36,308 bases of DNA from positions 1 through 36,308 of the forward strand of contig NW_021826213.1 in NCBI RefSeq assembly GCF_006345805.1, read 5' to 3'. Shown here piece after piece: positions 36,106-36,308 of the stretch. Source of the stretch: Octopus sinensis (taxonomy: Eukaryota). The stretch's first letter is position 1, and each line of letters begins with the position of its first letter. The position numbers and the translations under genes were made by a program. Below the pieces are notes generated by a model. That model worked only from the letters and a program-made list of their open reading frames with translations, ran no database searches and was not told where the DNA came from.

Positions 36106-36308
36106 GTCTTCTACTATAGCCTCGGACCGACCAAAGCCTTGTGAGTGGATTCGGTAGACGGAAACTGAAAGAAGCCCGTCGTATATATGTATATATATAT
36201 GTATGTGTGTGTGTATACGTTTGCGTGTCCGTGTTTGTCCCCAACCCCCACCCCAACATCGCTTGACAACCGATGCTGGTGTGTTTACGTCCCGTAACTT
36301 AGCGGTTC
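36106..36308 (+). mobile_element. SINE family B, 5'-truncated, runs off window end
   Basis: gtcttctactatagcctcggaccgaccaaagccttgtgagtgg...cccgtaacttagcggttc. Confidence 0.9.

Overview
This is a eukaryotic, AT-rich, repeat-dense window with no intact protein-coding gene that I can support. The SINE families and the microsatellite density look like an octopus (coleoid cephalopod) genome; that assignment comes from pattern recognition, not a database search. Contents: (1) decayed R4/Dong-clade non-LTR retrotransposon pieces (RT at 294-1385, restriction-like endonuclease at 4285-4660); (2) a Tc1 (DD34E) transposon with one surviving IR/DR-type end and a full-length but stop/frameshift-disrupted transposase on the minus strand; (3) about 25 tRNA-derived SINE copies from four head families, including multimers and head/tail chimeras; (4) Penelope-like pseudo-LTR remnants, one with a recognisable minimal type I hammerhead ribozyme; (5) a non-autonomous Helitron; (6) an L1/Tx1-like ORF2 C-terminal fragment; (7) three copies of an (AAT)n-flanked ~500 bp repeat; (8) two large fold-back palindromes; (9) a 49-bp and a 39-bp minisatellite plus many microsatellites. 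Nearly all ORFs in the supplied track are microsatellite or SINE artefacts. No CRISPR, rRNA or true tRNA is present. SINE family labels A-D and tail labels E-G are my own working names.
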